Source of the DNA: a candidate division WOR-3 bacterium
GTDB taxonomy: Bacteria > Hydrothermota > Tepidihabitantia > SM23-42
Direction: 5' to 3'
Length of the DNA stretch: 36,695 bases
Assembly (NCBI GenBank): GCA_020349965.1
Contig: CP070705.1
Span: 2,134,905-2,171,599, forward strand
Each line of letters begins with the position of its first letter. The stretch's first letter is position 1. Shown piece by piece: positions 34,368 to 36,695 of this stretch. A model generated the notes under the pieces. The model had not been told where the DNA came from. It did no database searches and saw nothing but the letters and a program-made list of their open reading frames with translations. A program made the translations under genes and the position numbers.

Positions 34368-36695
34368 ATGAAGGGAATCTACCGCGATGACATGACCAAT
34401 TGCCACAACCGCAGATACATGTACCATTGGATTGAAAATGAAATCAGACGGGCAAGGCGGTTTGGCACAAAATTCGCTTTGATGCTGATCGACATCGACG
34501 ATTTCCGGGCGATAAATAATACCTACGGCCATCTCGAAGGTGACCGTATTCTGGTGAAGTTCGCGGAGTTCTTACGGAATAACATCCGGGAAGTTGACGG
34601 CATCGTACGTTACGGTGGTGATGAATTCATTGTACTCATGCCGAACAGCACGTCCAACGGTGCGACAGAACTTGGCCGTCGTATCATCGATGCGCTTAGC
34701 CGCACCGAATTGCGAACGCATAGAGTTCAGTGTAGCATAGGATTCTCTGTCTTCCCGGATGATGGGATGAAGGCCGACGGTTTGGTGAGCCATGCGGACA
34801 GCCTTATGCGCCAAGCCAAAGGTGCAGGTAAGAACCGGGTTTGTGCGAAAAGTGAAGCGGTCAAAAAATTCCGAATTCCCTCGCCGGTTTTTGTCGGACG
34901 TGATGATGAGACCAACTGGTGTTTGAGTCAGTTGAAGGATCATGATACGATCTTCGTAGCGGGAGATGTCGGAGTTGGCAAAACACGTCTTGTGATGGAT
35001 ATCAATGAGCGGCTCTATGCCCAGATCTTCCTGCAGGGTAATGCATATGAGGCACTGTCTACTGTAGCGTATCACCCTTTCAAGAATATGTTTGCCGAGT
35101 TGATGCATAAGGATTCGTCTCTTGTCGAGCAGACATTTAAAAGGTTGCCTCCAATCCATCAATCCGAGCTGATGAAATTATTGCCTCCGTCGGCTTTGTT
35201 GCGCGCAGAACATTCCGAGGAGCTCGACAAATTCCGCCTTTTCCATGCGATCAGCGATTTTCTATCGCTACTGGCTGAAAGCGTATATCCAGCGACAACC
35301 ATTATCTTCGTCGACGATTTGCATTGGTCCGACCGTCCGAGTATCGAGCTGCTGGATTTCGCGATGCGCAGTTTGAAGCATAACCTCAAGATCTTCGGCA
35401 CCTACCGGATCGTAGGTAAGAAGAATCTGCCGTTTTCGACTTATTGGAGCGCGTGGACTAAGGAGCGGTTGTGTGCGCAGATTACGCTTTCTCCGCTGAA
35501 TGAAACCCAAACAAACACGCTTCTTCAGGCGATTATGGGCACGGTGCCACCAACCATGGCAAAACAGGTATTTCGTGAGAGCGGCGGCAATCCATACTTC
35601 ATCGAGGAAATCCTGCTCGAATATGAGCGGAGGGGAAGACTTCAATGGGATGGGAGAGAATGGCGTGTTCTCAGGAGGGATACGGGTTCATTTCCTTCTA
35701 CAACCGAGGGGAGGATAAAGGGTAAGTTGAAGTGGTTGGATCCGGAGCTACGGTCTTTTCTGGAGATCGCGGCCGCCTACGGTCAGGAATTCGCTCCAGA
35801 GGTAGTGGCTACTGCCAGCAAGCGCAATGTAGGCCAGATCCTGGAGGCGCTTGATGAACTCTGCAGAGCCGGGTATCTGAAGAACAGGCATACGGGAACC
35901 TACTTCTTCACTGAAGACATCGTGCGTCAAGTCGTACACAGGAATATCATGCGCGCCAACGTGCCGGGTTATCACGAGGCCGTCGGTGAGGCGATAGAGT
36001 CTGTCTTTCATGACGACATCTCAAGCCATTACGAAGAATTGGCCAATCACTTCGCGCTTGCTAAGGATGCGCCGAGAGCTTTGATATATTCGAAGAAAGC
36101 CGCCCAGAAAGCCAGGGACCATTATGCCCACGGGTTGGCAGTGAAGTTCTATGAACGTGCGCTGAAGTACGAGGATGATATCGAACAGGCTTTCGAGATC
36201 GAGTTGGCTCTCGCCGAGATTAACACCACAATTGGTAACTATAAAAAAGCACTGGCGCAATTGAACGCTTGCCTTCGGATTAACCCGTACGCTTACCGCG
36301 TTTATGAACGACTCGGCAGCGTTTACGAAAAAATCGGCCAATATAAGAAAAGTCTCGAACACTACGAAAAGGGTATGAGAATGACTTCCGGCACGAATGC
36401 AGTCTATATATTCCAGGTCGCAATAGCATGGCTCTACACGAGAATGGGGCAATATATACGTGCGAGGGAAGAGTGTACGGTAATTTTGCGGAAGAAGAGA
36501 CAGATGAGCAGGCAAACCTTGGGTGATACATACGTCATACTTGGTGTCGTTCTTCTGAGGTTGGGTAAATTCAGTAGGGCAGAGCAATACTTCAGAAAGA
36601 GTCTGCGGATAAGGAAATCGATCGGCGACAAGAAAAATATTGCTGCATGCTATGTGGATCTGGGGCTGAATTACCAGGGAAAATTCAATATCAAG
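34368..36695 (+). CDS. Diguanylate cyclase (GGDEF) fused to a STAND/AAA P-loop NTPase and TPR repeats, runs off the window edge
   Basis: Read by hand; absent from the ORF track because there is no stop. MKGIYRDDMT...IDIDDF...NNTYGHLEGD...REVDGIVRYGGDEF, then FVGRDDE, GDVGVGKT, FVDDLHWSD, SGGNPYFIEE and TPR repeats. Confidence 0.92.
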   Translation, partial: MKGIYRDDMTNCHNRRYMYHWIENEIRRARRFGTKFALMLIDIDDFRAINNTYGHLEGDRILVKFAEFLRNNIREVDGIVRYGGDEFIVLMPNSTSNGATELGRRIIDALSRTELRTHRVQCSIGFSVFPDDGMKADGLVSHADSLMRQAKGAGKNRVCAKSEAVKKFRIPSPVFVGRDDETNWCLSQLKDHDTIFVAGDVGVGKTRLVMDINERLYAQIFLQGNAYEALSTVAYHPFKNMFAELMHKDSSLVEQTFKRLPPIHQSELMKLLPPSALLRAEHSEELDKFRLFHAISDFLSLLAESVYPATTIIFVDDLHWSDRPSIELLDFAMRSLKHNLKIFGTYRIVGKKNLPFSTYWSAWTKERLCAQITLSPLNETQTNTLLQAIMGTVPPTMAKQVFRESGGNPYFIEEILLEYERRGRLQWDGREWRVLRRDTGSFPSTTEGRIKGKLKWLDPELRSFLEIAAAYGQEFAPEVVATASKRNVGQILEALDELCRAGYLKNRHTGTYFFTEDIVRQVVHRNIMRANVPGYHEAVGEAIESVFHDDISSHYEELANHFALAKDAPRALIYSKKAAQKARDHYAHGLAVKFYERALKYEDDIEQAFEIELALAEINTTIGNYKKALAQLNACLRINPYAYRVYERLGSVYEKIGQYKKSLEHYEKGMRMTSGTNAVYIFQVAIAWLYTRMGQYIRAREECTVILRKKRQMSRQTLGDTYVILGVVLLRLGKFSRAEQYFRKSLRIRKSIGDKKNIAACYVDLGLNYQGKFNIK

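Noticed and set aside
34326-36631. Minus-strand ORFs in the last 2.4 kb
   Set aside because: They are antisense shadows of the GGDEF-STAND-TPR gene.

Overview
A 36.7-kb window of mostly core bacterial chromosome, roughly 50% GC, from an anaerobic diderm. The gene content suggests an uncultured FCB-related lineage such as candidate phylum WOR-3, but this is inference. Left to right: a 3'-truncated EF-G2-like GTPase; a partial Na+-type V/A-ATPase operon (H/G, I, K, E); an MFS transporter, a hypothetical protein and archease; transketolase, RNase G/E and a TIGR03960/DUF2344 radical SAM fusion; a four-gene 2-oxoacid:ferredoxin oxidoreductase (Vor-like); a TPR/zinc-finger membrane protein paired with a DUF4388 protein; a small zinc-ribbon protein; a coupled recJ, pgeF, clostripain, isoaspartyl peptidase operon; RNase P RNA; a cobalamin riboswitch ahead of a BtuB-like receptor; DUF554, ArsR and a small membrane protein; a Yip1, TolC, MacAB-like exporter; and a 3'-truncated GGDEF-STAND-TPR protein. 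Three observations stand out. (1) The RNase P RNA is about 561 nt long; its P12 is a perfect 21-bp stem enclosing a 170-nt branched insert that contains a 48-codon sense ORF. (2) Several exported proteins have very short N-terminal signals ending in Gln, three of them with no basic n-region. (3) Many near-consensus promoters have 16-bp spacers, and several appear leaderless. No transposase, CRISPR array, tRNA or rRNA was seen.
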